Position numbers and translations under genes: made by a program | Shown here: positions 25,723 to 37,640 of the stretch, piece after piece | Layout: every line of letters begins with the position of its first letter | Numbering within the stretch: position 1 is the stretch's first letter | The notes under the pieces: model-generated | Told to the model about the DNA's origin: nothing | Databases searched by the model: none | What the model saw: only the letters and a program-made list of their open reading frames with translations | DNA from: Flectonema sp. DT1601 | Taxonomy: Eukaryota | Length of the DNA stretch: 64,000 nucleotides | Assembly: GCA_964019425.1 (NCBI GenBank) | Contig: OZ025798.1 | Span: forward strand, 992,001 to 1,056,000 | Direction: 5' to 3'

Positions 25723-26537
25723 CTGAGTTGGTTATGGTAAGGTAATAGAAACCATTTCAATGATGTGTTTACTTGCAGGTTATCGATAAGTGAATTCTCT
25801 TTTCTATCCACACGGAGGACGTCTCTGGTTCACTATTTACCAGTCAAGTTGTTCACTGTTTTAGTTAGTTGGGTACATTTTATCATATTTTGAAAATATG
25901 ATTGCGTACATATCGGTAGTTCGATCTTTTCGAGAGGGGGAAAAAAAAAAAAAATAAATAAATAGTTTAAACCCGCATGATTCTTGGGGTTATAATTCTC
26001 TTTCTTCTCCTTCTTCACAAAGCTCTGTCATTTGTTATCTAACCTCGTTACTTGCTCAAGCTTGATGGACTTTGTTGACCTCCCCTGGATTCTTTGGAAA
26101 AAATAATAATAATTGTCCACAAGGCGGCTGACCTTTAAAAGCAAAATTGTAATTTAGGTTATGTATTAAAGGTTGCAACCGTTTTGGTGGGTTTTATTTT
26201 ATTTTATTTAAAAAAAAAAAAAAAAAAAAAAATACATATTTTAGGTTATTATTGTTTTGGATCTTGACAATGCAAGAACAAAGTTGTATCTAGTTTGTTT
26301 TGTTTCTGCATAAAAGTTACATTACAACAGAAAGATTTTAAAAAAAAAAAAAAAAAAAAAAATTCCCAGCGATATTAGTATCTATTATCTTGCTTCGGTT
26401 TTGATCGTTATATTTGTGTTTTTTTTTTTTTTTTGGGCCGATTCGTAGCTATGCGAGCCTATGCAAGGTGACACCATTAAAACTCGATATTCGTGTTTAT
26501 TTCACTCTCTTTCAGCTATAAATATTGGTAATGGAAC

Positions 26538-28990
26538 ATGGCCGTTACATCCCTACCGACTCCTTCTGGACGGAGTCTCTCATCAATCGCACAAGAAGTA
26601 CAAGGAGGACGTCCTCCATGGATTTATCATGCATTCCAACATGCACCTAACGATCTTCTCTGTTTTCGAATTGCTCAAAAAACAAACAGCGGATTTGGTA
26701 AAAGCGACAGATGTGTTCTTCTGACAGCATCGACTCTTCTTCTTTGTAAGATGAATGGAGGTACTGTACTAACAATTCCGATATCATGTATAAAAAAAGG
26801 TATAATGTCGAGAACTAATCATTTATTAATAGAAACGGTTATTCAACTTCCCGACCTGCTTGTCGACTTGGGAAGCGATAAGAGGAATGAGGAACCAGTT
26901 GTAACATTCCCTCAGAAGTTGGAACAGGTAAAAAAACTTCGAGGAGAATGGAGTGGCGGTGAGATTGAATACGACGCTGAGGGAGGAGAAAGCGCTCTAA
27001 AAAAAAGAGGAAACTTGAGGAAACCTGCGGGGTTTCAACGGCCGGAAAGTGCGAAGCAGATAGTTGAAATGGAGAAATGGATTTTGAAAGCGAATAAACC
27101 TCAGCAACAACCACCCCCCGAGCAGCAACCACAACAACAGCCACCACAACAGCAACAAGATCATAACCAGCCATATCTTCAAGGTACGACTTCGCAATCT
27201 GATCCTCTCTTGCCGGCACCTATTCCAAATAAAATTATAATTCCTTCGAATACTCCACAGCCAGTACACGACCCAGGCTTTGCGCAGAAACCACAATTTA
27301 GTAGTCCTGGCCAAGCGAATACTGCACCCAACCCCTTTGTTCATTCTGGTAATCAACCTTTTGGTTATCAACATAATCCAATGACAAATACTCCAGGTTA
27401 TCGACCTCCAGAACAGTCAAGTCAATCTCATGGAGTTCGTAATTATGGTCAACATCCTATGAGCGGTATGGGGATGTCACCTTTACATCCACAAGATCGT
27501 GTCACTACACATACTTCTATGGTAGGGTCGATGGCCATTGAGATCGTTGATGAGCCTTTGCGACCGAGAATTCCTCAGATGCCATGGGTTGAACCTTGTG
27601 ACTACAATTCTGGTACTAAAGCTACACTACTCGCTGATACGTATGCGGAAGGTGATTCCGTCACATTTCCAAGTGACAAACACTTTTGGGAGAATCTCAT
27701 GATTCATCTCTCAATCAACGACGATGCTGAATCTCAACCTCATTTCGAATTGAAGGCTGAACATCTTAGAGAACCTGTTTCTGTTAATCAAAACTTCTTC
27801 AGACATTTTGTTGCTGGATGGGAGTTAGCGAACCCTCACCTGATAACCATTACTACTAGTTTGGGTAGTGAGCTGTTTCATTCTTCAACAGAGTTTTGGG
27901 CTTTTTACCTCGACCACAGACGTAATCTATCCGGTATTCTCGATGCAATAGTTCAGTGTGATGATGGTCCTCACTACGACACTAATGTTGAGGAATGGAA
28001 TCGAATTTGTACACTTTGGGAGGAATACAGAGGAGTTACCCCAGCTGATAAGTATGTTATTATTGTTACCTATCATCTTGTTATAAAATTAAGTGTTTTT
28101 TTTATGCTGCTTCTGCTCTCAAAGTTGTGTATAATAACGTTACAATAAACAGGCGACGTATTCTAGAAGAGATGAACGCTGCTGCCCAGAAAAGACGAGA
28201 AGAAATAGCTGCTCGTAAACAGCTACTGGATCAGTTGAGGTCTGCAGAAATTCAGAGGAAGAAACTACGAGATGGAAGAATGATTGCAACACCGAAACCA
28301 GGAGCTGCACCCATCACTGCAGTAGAAACTCCGACAACTGACGATATTTGTACGGCAGATACCTTGTCACCTGAAGAGAAAAAGGAAAAGTTAAAACCTG
28401 TCAAAGCTTCCTGTGAGATGAGTACTCAGACAGAATCTACAGGTGATCTCTGCAGTGATTGTAGTGGTGTTCCAAACCTATCTCATCCTTCAAAGAAGGC
28501 ATCATCACCATCCAAAGTATCAGTGACGCATGCGATGCCTCCTTCTGCGATACAATCAAAACCACCATATACAGCTATTCAGACACCAATATCTGTTACA
28601 TCGTTTGTACCTCCACCTACGCTTGTTTCACCTCGGGGGGCACCTCCTGGGAGAGTGTTTGTTGCCCCTGTTGGAATGCCTCTTAATGTTGTCACTGGTG
28701 CTCCTCCGATGTCGTCGTATCCACATATTGGATTACCTCGACATACTTCTGTATCGACTGCTTTGAATAATCAAAATAGTAAATCGAAACCTAATGGTGT
28801 ATTCTGGACTGCTTTTATGCAAGAATGGGAGTCTGCTAGATCTATTTCTCCTGCAAAGCGTCCGACAACTCCCTTGTTGAAGAGACCTCCACCTGGACAT
28901 GTACACGTGTCCAGCGGATCTGTTGGAGAACTGGGATCACAATATCGAGTAAGCCCTCCAAGAACTGGTTTTACAATGAGCTTGCTTTAG
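26538..28990 (+). CDS. Uncharacterised Pro/Gln-rich protein with possible N-terminal PH-like region, 2 exons
   Basis: Exons 26538-28051 and 28153-28990 joined by a 101-nt phase-2 intron (GTATGT...AATAAACAG); KTNSGFGKSDRCVLLT resembles PH beta1-beta2 (tentative). Confidence 0.75.
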
Positions 28991-29574
28991 TCTTATCGAA
29001 ACGAGGGTTTAAGCTTTATGGTCAGGTCTTATTCGTATCTTGCTTCTTATTATTATTGTAGATGATTTTCGTATTATAGATACTTCATGACCGTCGTTGA
29101 GAAGATGACGTTTCTTGTACCCTTTTTTTTCTTATTGTATTGCGTGATTCTAACTTTCCAATAGGAATTAATGTCATGTAAAAATAATTTTTTTTAATTT
29201 TTTTTTAAAATTTTTTTTTTGATAAAACAAAGCGGCTAAAAAAAAAAAAGTTATTTTGAAAAGCTACCGTTTTTTTTGATGGAAGTTATATTTCTTCTGT
29301 TTCTGTGAGTCACCCACACTATTCTAACGTTGGTTGAATTGATCGCAGAATTCAGTTCAGGTAGAGTACTGTTATTAGTTGTTTTCAGCACTAATTGTGT
29401 TTGAATGGAACGGAATTTTTTATTTTATTTTTTTGTACTCCATCCCCATCCCCAGTTTCTGTACCTTTATTTAGCATTTTATGATAGACAGTTGAAGCAC
29501 TGATAAGGTTAACTCATTTCTTGAATAAAATTTGCAGCCTTTTTTTTTAAAAAAAAACAACAACAACAACAACA

Positions 29575-30657
29575 ATGCAATACGGAGGACATCAGGCTCC
29601 AATGCAACAGCAATACCAACACACGCAGCAAGTGCAGCAACAAATGTGGCAATGGTATTCACATGTTGATAGAGACAGAAGTGGAAAAATTGATTACAAA
29701 GAATTGAAGGCCGCACTTGCACAGGCTGGACTTGCTTTCTCATTGATGAGCACCCAAATGATGTTGAGGCTATTCGACGCGACGAAGACTGATAACTTAG
29801 ACTTTCAAGAATTCCAGAACCTCTATGGATGGGTTCAACAGAAACAACAATCATTCTTCCACTTCGACAGAGATAGGTCTGGTTTTTTGGATACTGCTGA
29901 AGTCTTCAATGCTCTCAAGCACGCTGGATATGGATTAGATCAGCACGCATTCTACGCTTGTATAAAGGTATGCTATTACTGTTATCACATTGTATCTGAA
30001 TCTGAATCTATCACATGATGACAAACTACTTTCTATATTTCACCTCTGACGCTTTGAGGAGTTGGGCAACCTTCTCTTTTGATACGAATAACCTTTTTAA
30101 CGTCTAAATATCTGATTTTCAATTGCCTGGCAGCTGCTGTTATAATTCTTTAGCTGATTTATACATGATGACACACTACTTTCTATATTTCACCTCTGAC
30201 GCTTTGAGGAGTTGGGCAACCTTCTCTTTTGATACGAATAACCTTTTTAACGTCTAAATATCTGATTTTCAATTGCCTGGCAGCTGCTGTTATAATTCTT
30301 TAGCTGGTTTATACATGATGACACACTACTTTCTATATTTCACCTCTGACGCTTTGAGGAGTTGGGTAACCTTCTCCTTTGATACGAATAACCTTTTTAA
30401 ACGTCTATTTGACTGATTATCTTGCAAACTCGACTATGGATTTGTCACAACTCTCCTTTCTATTTATTAACACCAATATATCAAATCAGACTTACGATCC
30501 TGACCGTAACGGAAAACTAAGCATGTCAGAATACGTTGGTCTTTGTGCCTTCCTTCAAATCACATACAACACGTTCGCTGCTTTTGATACACAAAGAAGT
30601 GGACGGGTCAATCTTGATCTCAACCAGTTCGTGTATTCCGTTGCGCAGTGTAAATAA
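29575..30657 (+). CDS. Penta-EF-hand protein (ALG-2/PDCD6-peflin-sorcin family), 2 exons
   Basis: Exons 29575-29967 and 30490-30657; EF loops DRDRSGKIDYKE, DRDRSGFLDTAE, DPDRNGKLSMSE, DTQRSGRV; Gln-rich N-terminus. Confidence 0.9.
30015..30115 (+). ncRNA. Box C/D snoRNA candidate, copy 1
   Basis: C ATGATGA 30015-30021; D' CTGA 30046-30049; C'-like TGAGGA 30055-30060; D CTGA 30112-30115; D' guide complementary to the conserved SSU rRNA motif AGGUGAAAU. Confidence 0.65.
30165..30265 (+). ncRNA. Box C/D snoRNA candidate, copy 2
   Basis: Same boxes shifted by +150. Confidence 0.65.
30315..30416 (+). ncRNA. Box C/D snoRNA candidate, copy 3 (diverged next to box D)
   Basis: C 30315-30321, D' 30346-30349; D CTGA kept at 30413-30416 although adjacent bases differ. 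Confidence 0.6.
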
Positions 30658-30832
30658 TTATTGTTATAAGTTTCTATTTGTATTTGTGTTGTAGTCTGGT
30701 AAAATATGCTAGAAATCATCTCCCCTCAGATTTGTTGAGTGAATGTTCGCTCAACCAGATGCACTAGGCAGCTGGTAAACACTTCCAGAGAGAGATGAGA
30801 TGCTCTTGAAACTATTATTAAAATTTTTTTCA

Positions 30833-30866
<34 letters not shown>

Positions 30867-31379
30867 CCACAAAAGTGGGAAATAAAGGGAAAAAAAAAAA
30901 AAAAGAACAGAAAAAGGAAGTTTAAAAAAAGACGAAAAAAAACGCATACGCATTTTCGGACTTTCGCATGAATTAGTCAGTTTGATTATTTTTCTTTAAA
31001 CAATAGGGGTATGCAAAGTCAATATTTCTCTTACTTGCCTACCGAGTCGACCTCTTTCGATGTTTCCTTGCTCAACATTTCGAAACCTGAACAGTTTTCA
31101 CCCAATCCCGTGAAAAATCCAATTTCAGATTTGCCAAAAAAAAAAAAAAAAAGAAAAAAGAAAATTGGTCTTTCTTCCTCACAACTCTTCACGGATTACC
31201 TTTTTTGTTAATGTAAGTAACTTACTCAGGTTTGTTTATATTTCTAATTTCTTAATAACATTGGCATCACTAGATAGACAGGTTCTTTTCTTCATGTCGG
31301 GGATCGCAAAGTGTAGTATTTTGTTCTAATATTACTGGTTATTTGTTTTATTTTAATTACCTATTCTACTTCAGCCAAA

Positions 31380-34300
31380 ATGAGTGTTTTTGGCAGTCAT
31401 CTTGTACCAGTACCTCCATCCCGAGAAGAAAGAAACGACAGCTATGCGTCAAATCGAAAAGTATCTGTTGTCAGCTTTACTGATAATAATAATAATCACA
31501 ATCTCTCTAAAAATCGATCATCAATCGTCAACTCTGAAGGTGCTACATCACGAGCTGCATACGCAAGATCTAGAGCAAGGAGAAAAGAAATAAAACGGAG
31601 TTTAAGTGAAGGCGGAGGTGAGGGAGAACGAAGGCTCAGAAAATACGTAACGGGTAAGAAAAATTTCCCAGAAAGTATAGTTGATCAGAAAATAGTTGAA
31701 CTACTTGGAAGGTCGTGTTCCTTAGAAACAGGAGCGAGGTCATCAATATCTGCAGCGACAGTTGTAACTGAAATCCATCACTTACTATCGCGGCAAGTAT
31801 CTTCAATGGCTCAGCTTTGTTCTGAAGTATGGGACCCAGTTTATGAAATCCTTCGTATAAATGACACGGTAACCGATCTGGATCCAAATAGCACTATTCC
31901 TGCTCCAAAGAATGTTACTTTTTGTTTCCTCGATCTGTTCTTTACCCAATTCTTCAAACATCATTTCAGTGACTTGCCAGCACATTCCAGTGGTCATTTA
32001 GGACTACTAACAGAAGTACTACTAAAGGAACAGAGAAATAAAGATCTCCTTCAGGAGGGTATTGAAGAGGTTCAAAGAGAACGAGAACAAACCGACACAT
32101 TAAAATGTTTAAACGAACTACTAGTAGAACAGAGCGGAATTATGAAGAAGAAGATTGTAATTGAAACATCAGAGGTAGAGATACAGACTGATCCAACTCC
32201 TCCAGATCCGACTTTGAAGAAAACGATTGACTCTCTGAATGTTCAGCTAATGGTGCAAAGGACGAGATTCAAAATTCAGTCTGAAAAGCTTCACAACGAA
32301 ATATGGGAACGGGATGCGGAGCTTGCGAAGTTAGAGACGAAATGTGTTAAACTACAAACACAAGTTGAAACGATTGCTAAGGATACTCTGACAATGAGAT
32401 TAGAGAACACTACTAACGTATCAGTGCAGACCTTACCAATGCAATCACAGTTCAAAGGTAACGAAACAGAAGTTTTTGAAGACATCATGAACTTCTCAAT
32501 GCCTTCTGACATTGATGACTTCTCAAAAGCAGAATCAGAAGTAGTTTCTTCTCAAATCGACATCTACAACGACCCAGATTTAGTTCGTCTACAAGCTCAA
32601 ATCCTAGCAATTAGACAAGTAGCTCCGAGTGGTTCTGTTGCTTTAGTTTTTACAGACGTCCAGTCTTCCACATTCCTCTGGAACCTCTCACCAACTGCAA
32701 TGCGAATAGCCATCAGAGATCACAACAAGATGATGAGGGCTAATATAAAAGCATATCGAGGCTATGAAGTAAAAACTGAAGGAGACGCCTTCATGGTGTC
32801 ATTTCACACAGCTCTGGATGCCTGCAGATGGTGTTGTGAAACGCAAAAGGAACTTCTAGACCTTCCATGGCCTGAAGAAATACTTGGAGCTGAAGACACA
32901 ACAGATGAAGTATATGATGAGGAAGGTGTTATTGTCTTTAGAGGAATTAGAGTTCGAATGGGAATCCATGTTGATGAACCTCTTTGTGAGGAAGATCCAA
33001 CAACCTTGAGAACTGACTATTTCGGTCCGGTGGTCAACTTCGCTGCTAGAGTTTCATCAAAAGGACGAGGTGGTGAAATTGTTATCTCCCGCGAAGCATA
33101 CGACGACCTGAAAGACTATTTGGGTGACGAGTCTCACAAATACATCGACTGCGGCGCTCACATCTTCGAACTGGGTGTCTTCGAATTAAAGGGATTTTCA
33201 GATGGGGTGCTACTTTGGCATATCTTCCCAACTTGTCTCGTCACTCGTAGATTTCACTTCAAAAAAGAAGAAGCACCAGCCCCAGTGATGATGACGAGCA
33301 AAGTACCAGCTCCAATAGGTGAGATATCACTAGTTTTTACTGACGTCCAGAGCAGTACTTACTTGTGGAATGAAGCGACCGACGGGATGATAACTGGACT
33401 TGAAGTGCACAACGTTAGCTTGAGAGCTCTTATGATTGAAACTAATGGTTATGAAGTAAAGACTGAAGGAGATGCTTTTATGATTGCTTTTGAAAATGCT
33501 GACGACGCAGCGAGGTGGTGCATGCAAGCTCAGTTGATACTTTTATCTCTCAATTGGGATGAACACTTACTAACATTAGACGTTACGAAACCGAGAGATA
33601 GATCTGACGGAGGAGGATACATGTGGCGTGGGCTCAGAGTTAGAATGGGGATTCACGTTGGAGTTCCACTTTGTCAAACAGATCCAACGACTGGTAGGAT
33701 GGACTACTTTGGTCCAGTTGTAAATAAAGCAGCGAGAGTATCAGGTTGTGGACACGGAGGAGAAACTGTGGTCTCTCGTGGTGTTATTGATTTATTAGAA
33801 CATCTGTTCCACACAGATGATATTTGTGATGGTGGTATCACAACTAACATCCTCCCTCCTCGTAATTTAAAAGGTTTTGCTGATGATGAAGTTCTTACTG
33901 CCATGGTCCCTACTGTTCTCGCAGAGCGATACGATGAGTTCGTTCACGTAAAGCCAGAACCTAAAGTAGTAGAGTCTCAAGAGTTAACAGCTGAACAAAA
34001 ACAAAAACTTGAAGAAATCGAACAAAAACTAAAACTCGCCGACATGAATGCACCGAAAGGCACCGTAACACTAGTATGCTCAGCTGTAACAACTGGTGGG
34101 TTATGGAACAGTGCACCAGAAGCCATGACAGAAGCAATTGATTTACTTGTGTCATTATATCACTCGTTATTATCAAAGTACAATGGATACATCGTTAGAA
34201 TAGATGGCGATGCCTTAGTGGCTGCTTTCCACGACGCCTTGCCTGCTGCGCGCTTTTGCATCGAATTGCAAGTATCTGCTCTGGAAGTAGATTGGCCAAA

Positions 34301-37300
34301 GAGTATTCTAAACCACGCTGGTATCACTGATACTATTTTAGATGAATCAGGTAATGTTACTTTATGGCATGGATTACAAGTGAAGGCTGCAATGTTTAAG
34401 GGGAAACCATTGACTAAGAAAGACCCAGTAACATTGCGAGTAGACTATTACGGACCAGCAATGCAAGCAGCAACTGAATTAACTAAAGTAACCAGAGCAG
34501 GTGAAATTCTAACACTTGGACAGACTGCTGAGGAGATTATGAACGAAGATCCGGAACTTGATGTGCAAATAACATCTCTTGGGGAGTTGAGCCTTCCAAC
34601 TGAGAAGTCAGCACAGCAGATGGTCAGAATATTACCATCATCCTTAGTAGGTAGAGCTGCTCACTTACAACAGATTGAAGCAATAGATGACGGGAGGTTT
34701 GACTCAAAAACTAGCGGGAAAATAATGAAACTACCGAGTGGTGATGTTACCATCGTATTCGTTGACATCGAAGGATCTTTAATACTTTGGGAGGAATTCC
34801 CTCGAGAAATGGAACTAATATCTTCGACTAAAAATAAAATATTCACAGAGTGTGCAAGACTCTACCAGGGCTACCAAGCTGTTAACGAAGGCGATGGGTC
34901 TATGTTAGTATTCGCAACAGCAAAGGATGCCTGTAGATGGTGTTTAAACGTTCAGTTAAGAATGATGAAGGCTGAGTACCCGGATGAGATCCTTGAACAA
35001 CCATCAATATTATTCACTCAAACACTTCACGATGACAATGATGTTATCCTACTACGAGGTATTAGACTTCGAATGGCTATTCACGGAGGTATCGTCATAT
35101 CATCCCACGACGATACGACAAACAAAATGACGTATAAGGGAATCTGTATAAGTAAAACAGCTGACATTCTTGATCGGGCTTTGGGAGGTCAAATACTTTG
35201 TCTAAAATCATTTTCAGAAAGAATCGAATCATTTCTTCCGATATTAGTAACTGGAGGGGTAACAGCATCACCTATTCCAACACAGACAATCGGTGATGAG
35301 ATGTTGGTCTCTCTCATCCCAACACCTCTCTTAGGACGTGAAGCCGCATTGCAAGATGCACCCAAAGCAAGTCTTCCCAAAGTTGAAAGGAGGTTCTTTA
35401 GATCAGAAATGACTCCTCAGCAGTTAAAAATCCTCGAAGACATAGAACTAAACCTCGCCTTATCTAATGATAACGCTATTAGTTCAAAGAAACTTGTATT
35501 GTGTTGTATCGACATCGCAAATTCGAGACATCTTTGGAACACGGATGCGTCAAAAATGAGAATCGCTTCTACCCAGTACTGCTCACTTGTCAGAACTCTT
35601 GTTAAAAAACACGGAGGGAAAATAGGTCGAGTTTTTGGATGTGCGTTCTTAGTTCTTTTTGACAAGGCTCAACCAGCTTTGGAACTGTGCTTAGCTTTGC
35701 AAACTAACAGCGTGGGGATGAAATGGCCTGACCAGTTTGGAGACGAGCCTGTAATTCAAAATGCAGAGACAATATGGAACGGCCCTCGACTTCGTACGGC
35801 TGTTGGCATTGGGGAACCAATTATAGAATGTACAGAACATGGAATCAGCTTTGCCATGGGATCGGATATGGGAAATATAATCGATATTTCCTGTAGGGCT
35901 CGAGGTGGTGAAATTATAGCCAGGCGTGAGATTTGGCAACACTTTTCAACATCGATGATGTCTTTAATAGCGATTGCTCAGAAAGATGATGTTGTGATTC
36001 TACTACCGGCAGCATTGAAGGGTCGACAGGGACAATTAGAACCACTCATATCAAATGAAAATCCATTCGAGAGATTCATTTATCGACCAGCAAAAATACC
36101 AACAACACCATCGGTTCTTGTCGCAATTAAAATATGCAGTTCAATCCCAGACCCATCTCTTCATATGGAAACAGCCTTGGAATTCTTATCAGCTACAGAA
36201 AACCGTCAACACACAGTAGTCTATGAGGGGAGTTGTGTTGTTCAAATTTGGTCGGATGCAAATAAACTGATGGAGTGGATTAGAAGTTTTCAAACCGAAA
36301 ATATAAAATTCAAAGTTGGGATTAACTTCCTGGGGATCCCACCTGGGCCGTCAGGTGAGGACAAGGTGTGTAGTCCTGGAGGGGAATTCTTAAAGACAGC
36401 TTCAAAACTGTGTGGATACGCTCACTCTGGTGAAGTTCTCTGTTCGTCTGATTCCCTAAACTTTTTATCTCAATCTTTAAAAGAATATCAATTTCACTGT
36501 ACAGATACCGAGATCGAATATTGTCACCGGATAACAGAGTCTGAAGAAAGATCCTCAGCCTTCATCGATATTCCCCGTAAAAAAGAAGCTCCTTGGTTTG
36601 CTTTTCACACCAAGGATATGATCCGCAAGAAACCGAAAAAGAACAAAGAGCAAAGCGTTCTTTCAAAAATAGTTGGCGCGACATACAACCAACGCTTTAC
36701 TATAATGTGTGGGACGCTGGTAGTCCTGAGGAGCTTAGAAAGTGATTGCATGGCGTGTTGTGATCATGAATTATTAAAGAAACCTCCTCGTTCTAATGAA
36801 GCGTTTCATTTACTGTCGACTCATTATCGAGCAATTGATCAAATGTTAGAAGGTCCAACTTCTATACATTTTATAGAAGATATGAAGGTAAAGTCTCGTC
36901 GATTAAACGCAATCGTACAAGACCGCAGCCTCGCCAAAGCAGTTCACAATTATAAGAAGTCCGCTGAACTCCGTGCGACCAAACTCTGGTTGTCATTTTT
37001 ACAACTTCGAAAGAGCACTTCCGACAAGGTCCGACCTCCTCATGAAGTTCTTCTATTCTTACATAAAAAGATTCACAGATTTGTAGATGTTGCGAAGGGA
37101 CTTGCTCAACTACCACCAGAAGGTCAGAATGTTGAAGAACATCAGACTAAATTTATTAAAATGTGGCTTCCTGAAATAGAAGGACCACAACCTGAAGAAC
37201 TAATTCGTCAACAAAGTGAAGAGAAGGCTTGGGATTCAAACTTATCAGCGCTTCGTGAGAATAGAGGTACATCAAAGTCTATGATGGATGTGATCGATGA

Positions 37301-37640
37301 AGAAGAGCGTGAAAGAGAAGAAAAAGAGAAAAAGAGAATTCAAAAAGAAGAGGAAAATCGAGCGGCTTTCAAAAAAAGAATTTCTAACGCTCTCTCAGGC
37401 ATCTGCTGTGGAACGGTACCCGACGACAAAGCTACTTCAGATTGTGTTTTCGCAATGTTGTTAAAGATTCTCACTAATTCTGAGACTAAGCAACCTGTTG
37501 TCGAAAACAACTTCTTACCACCACCCTCACCACAAGCAGAGAAAGCAAAGTTAAAAATTGACCTCAACAAAATGTTAATGGGCGCTGTCTTACCAGGCGC
37601 AAAGAAAGGTGACGGAAGCTCGAAGCGAATAAAACCGTAA
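31380..37640 (+). CDS. Soluble multi-domain class III adenylate cyclase-like protein (2086 aa; about six tandem cyclase domains), intronless
   Basis: Two complete FTDVQSST...EVKTEGDAFM...RVRMGIH...DYFGPVVN-x-AARV units followed by four increasingly degenerate copies; N-terminal coiled coil; no obvious TM helix. Confidence 0.9.
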   Translation: MSVFGSHLVPVPPSREERNDSYASNRKVSVVSFTDNNNNHNLSKNRSSIVNSEGATSRAAYARSRARRKEIKRSLSEGGGEGERRLRKYVTGKKNFPESIVDQKIVELLGRSCSLETGARSSISAATVVTEIHHLLSRQVSSMAQLCSEVWDPVYEILRINDTVTDLDPNSTIPAPKNVTFCFLDLFFTQFFKHHFSDLPAHSSGHLGLLTEVLLKEQRNKDLLQEGIEEVQREREQTDTLKCLNELLVEQSGIMKKKIVIETSEVEIQTDPTPPDPTLKKTIDSLNVQLMVQRTRFKIQSEKLHNEIWERDAELAKLETKCVKLQTQVETIAKDTLTMRLENTTNVSVQTLPMQSQFKGNETEVFEDIMNFSMPSDIDDFSKAESEVVSSQIDIYNDPDLVRLQAQILAIRQVAPSGSVALVFTDVQSSTFLWNLSPTAMRIAIRDHNKMMRANIKAYRGYEVKTEGDAFMVSFHTALDACRWCCETQKELLDLPWPEEILGAEDTTDEVYDEEGVIVFRGIRVRMGIHVDEPLCEEDPTTLRTDYFGPVVNFAARVSSKGRGGEIVISREAYDDLKDYLGDESHKYIDCGAHIFELGVFELKGFSDGVLLWHIFPTCLVTRRFHFKKEEAPAPVMMTSKVPAPIGEISLVFTDVQSSTYLWNEATDGMITGLEVHNVSLRALMIETNGYEVKTEGDAFMIAFENADDAARWCMQAQLILLSLNWDEHLLTLDVTKPRDRSDGGGYMWRGLRVRMGIHVGVPLCQTDPTTGRMDYFGPVVNKAARVSGCGHGGETVVSRGVIDLLEHLFHTDDICDGGITTNILPPRNLKGFADDEVLTAMVPTVLAERYDEFVHVKPEPKVVESQELTAEQKQKLEEIEQKLKLADMNAPKGTVTLVCSAVTTGGLWNSAPEAMTEAIDLLVSLYHSLLSKYNGYIVRIDGDALVAAFHDALPAARFCIELQVSALEVDWPKSILNHAGITDTILDESGNVTLWHGLQVKAAMFKGKPLTKKDPVTLRVDYYGPAMQAATELTKVTRAGEILTLGQTAEEIMNEDPELDVQITSLGELSLPTEKSAQQMVRILPSSLVGRAAHLQQIEAIDDGRFDSKTSGKIMKLPSGDVTIVFVDIEGSLILWEEFPREMELISSTKNKIFTECARLYQGYQAVNEGDGSMLVFATAKDACRWCLNVQLRMMKAEYPDEILEQPSILFTQTLHDDNDVILLRGIRLRMAIHGGIVISSHDDTTNKMTYKGICISKTADILDRALGGQILCLKSFSERIESFLPILVTGGVTASPIPTQTIGDEMLVSLIPTPLLGREAALQDAPKASLPKVERRFFRSEMTPQQLKILEDIELNLALSNDNAISSKKLVLCCIDIANSRHLWNTDASKMRIASTQYCSLVRTLVKKHGGKIGRVFGCAFLVLFDKAQPALELCLALQTNSVGMKWPDQFGDEPVIQNAETIWNGPRLRTAVGIGEPIIECTEHGISFAMGSDMGNIIDISCRARGGEIIARREIWQHFSTSMMSLIAIAQKDDVVILLPAALKGRQGQLEPLISNENPFERFIYRPAKIPTTPSVLVAIKICSSIPDPSLHMETALEFLSATENRQHTVVYEGSCVVQIWSDANKLMEWIRSFQTENIKFKVGINFLGIPPGPSGEDKVCSPGGEFLKTASKLCGYAHSGEVLCSSDSLNFLSQSLKEYQFHCTDTEIEYCHRITESEERSSAFIDIPRKKEAPWFAFHTKDMIRKKPKKNKEQSVLSKIVGATYNQRFTIMCGTLVVLRSLESDCMACCDHELLKKPPRSNEAFHLLSTHYRAIDQMLEGPTSIHFIEDMKVKSRRLNAIVQDRSLAKAVHNYKKSAELRATKLWLSFLQLRKSTSDKVRPPHEVLLFLHKKIHRFVDVAKGLAQLPPEGQNVEEHQTKFIKMWLPEIEGPQPEELIRQQSEEKAWDSNLSALRENRGTSKSMMDVIDEEEREREEKEKKRIQKEEENRAAFKKRISNALSGICCGTVPDDKATSDCVFAMLLKILTNSETKQPVVENNFLPPPSPQAEKAKLKIDLNKMLMGAVLPGAKKGDGSSKRIKP

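Larger units (their letters stand above)
30013..30418 (+). repeat. 150-bp tandem repeat, about 2.7 copies, inside the 522-nt PEF intron (29968-30489)
   Basis: Unit starts acatgatgac at 30013, 30163, 30313; copies near-identical. Confidence 0.95.

Noticed and set aside
30013..30418. 150-bp repeats as a CRISPR-like array
   Set aside because: Whole units are near-identical with no unique spacers; eukaryotic intron; no cas genes
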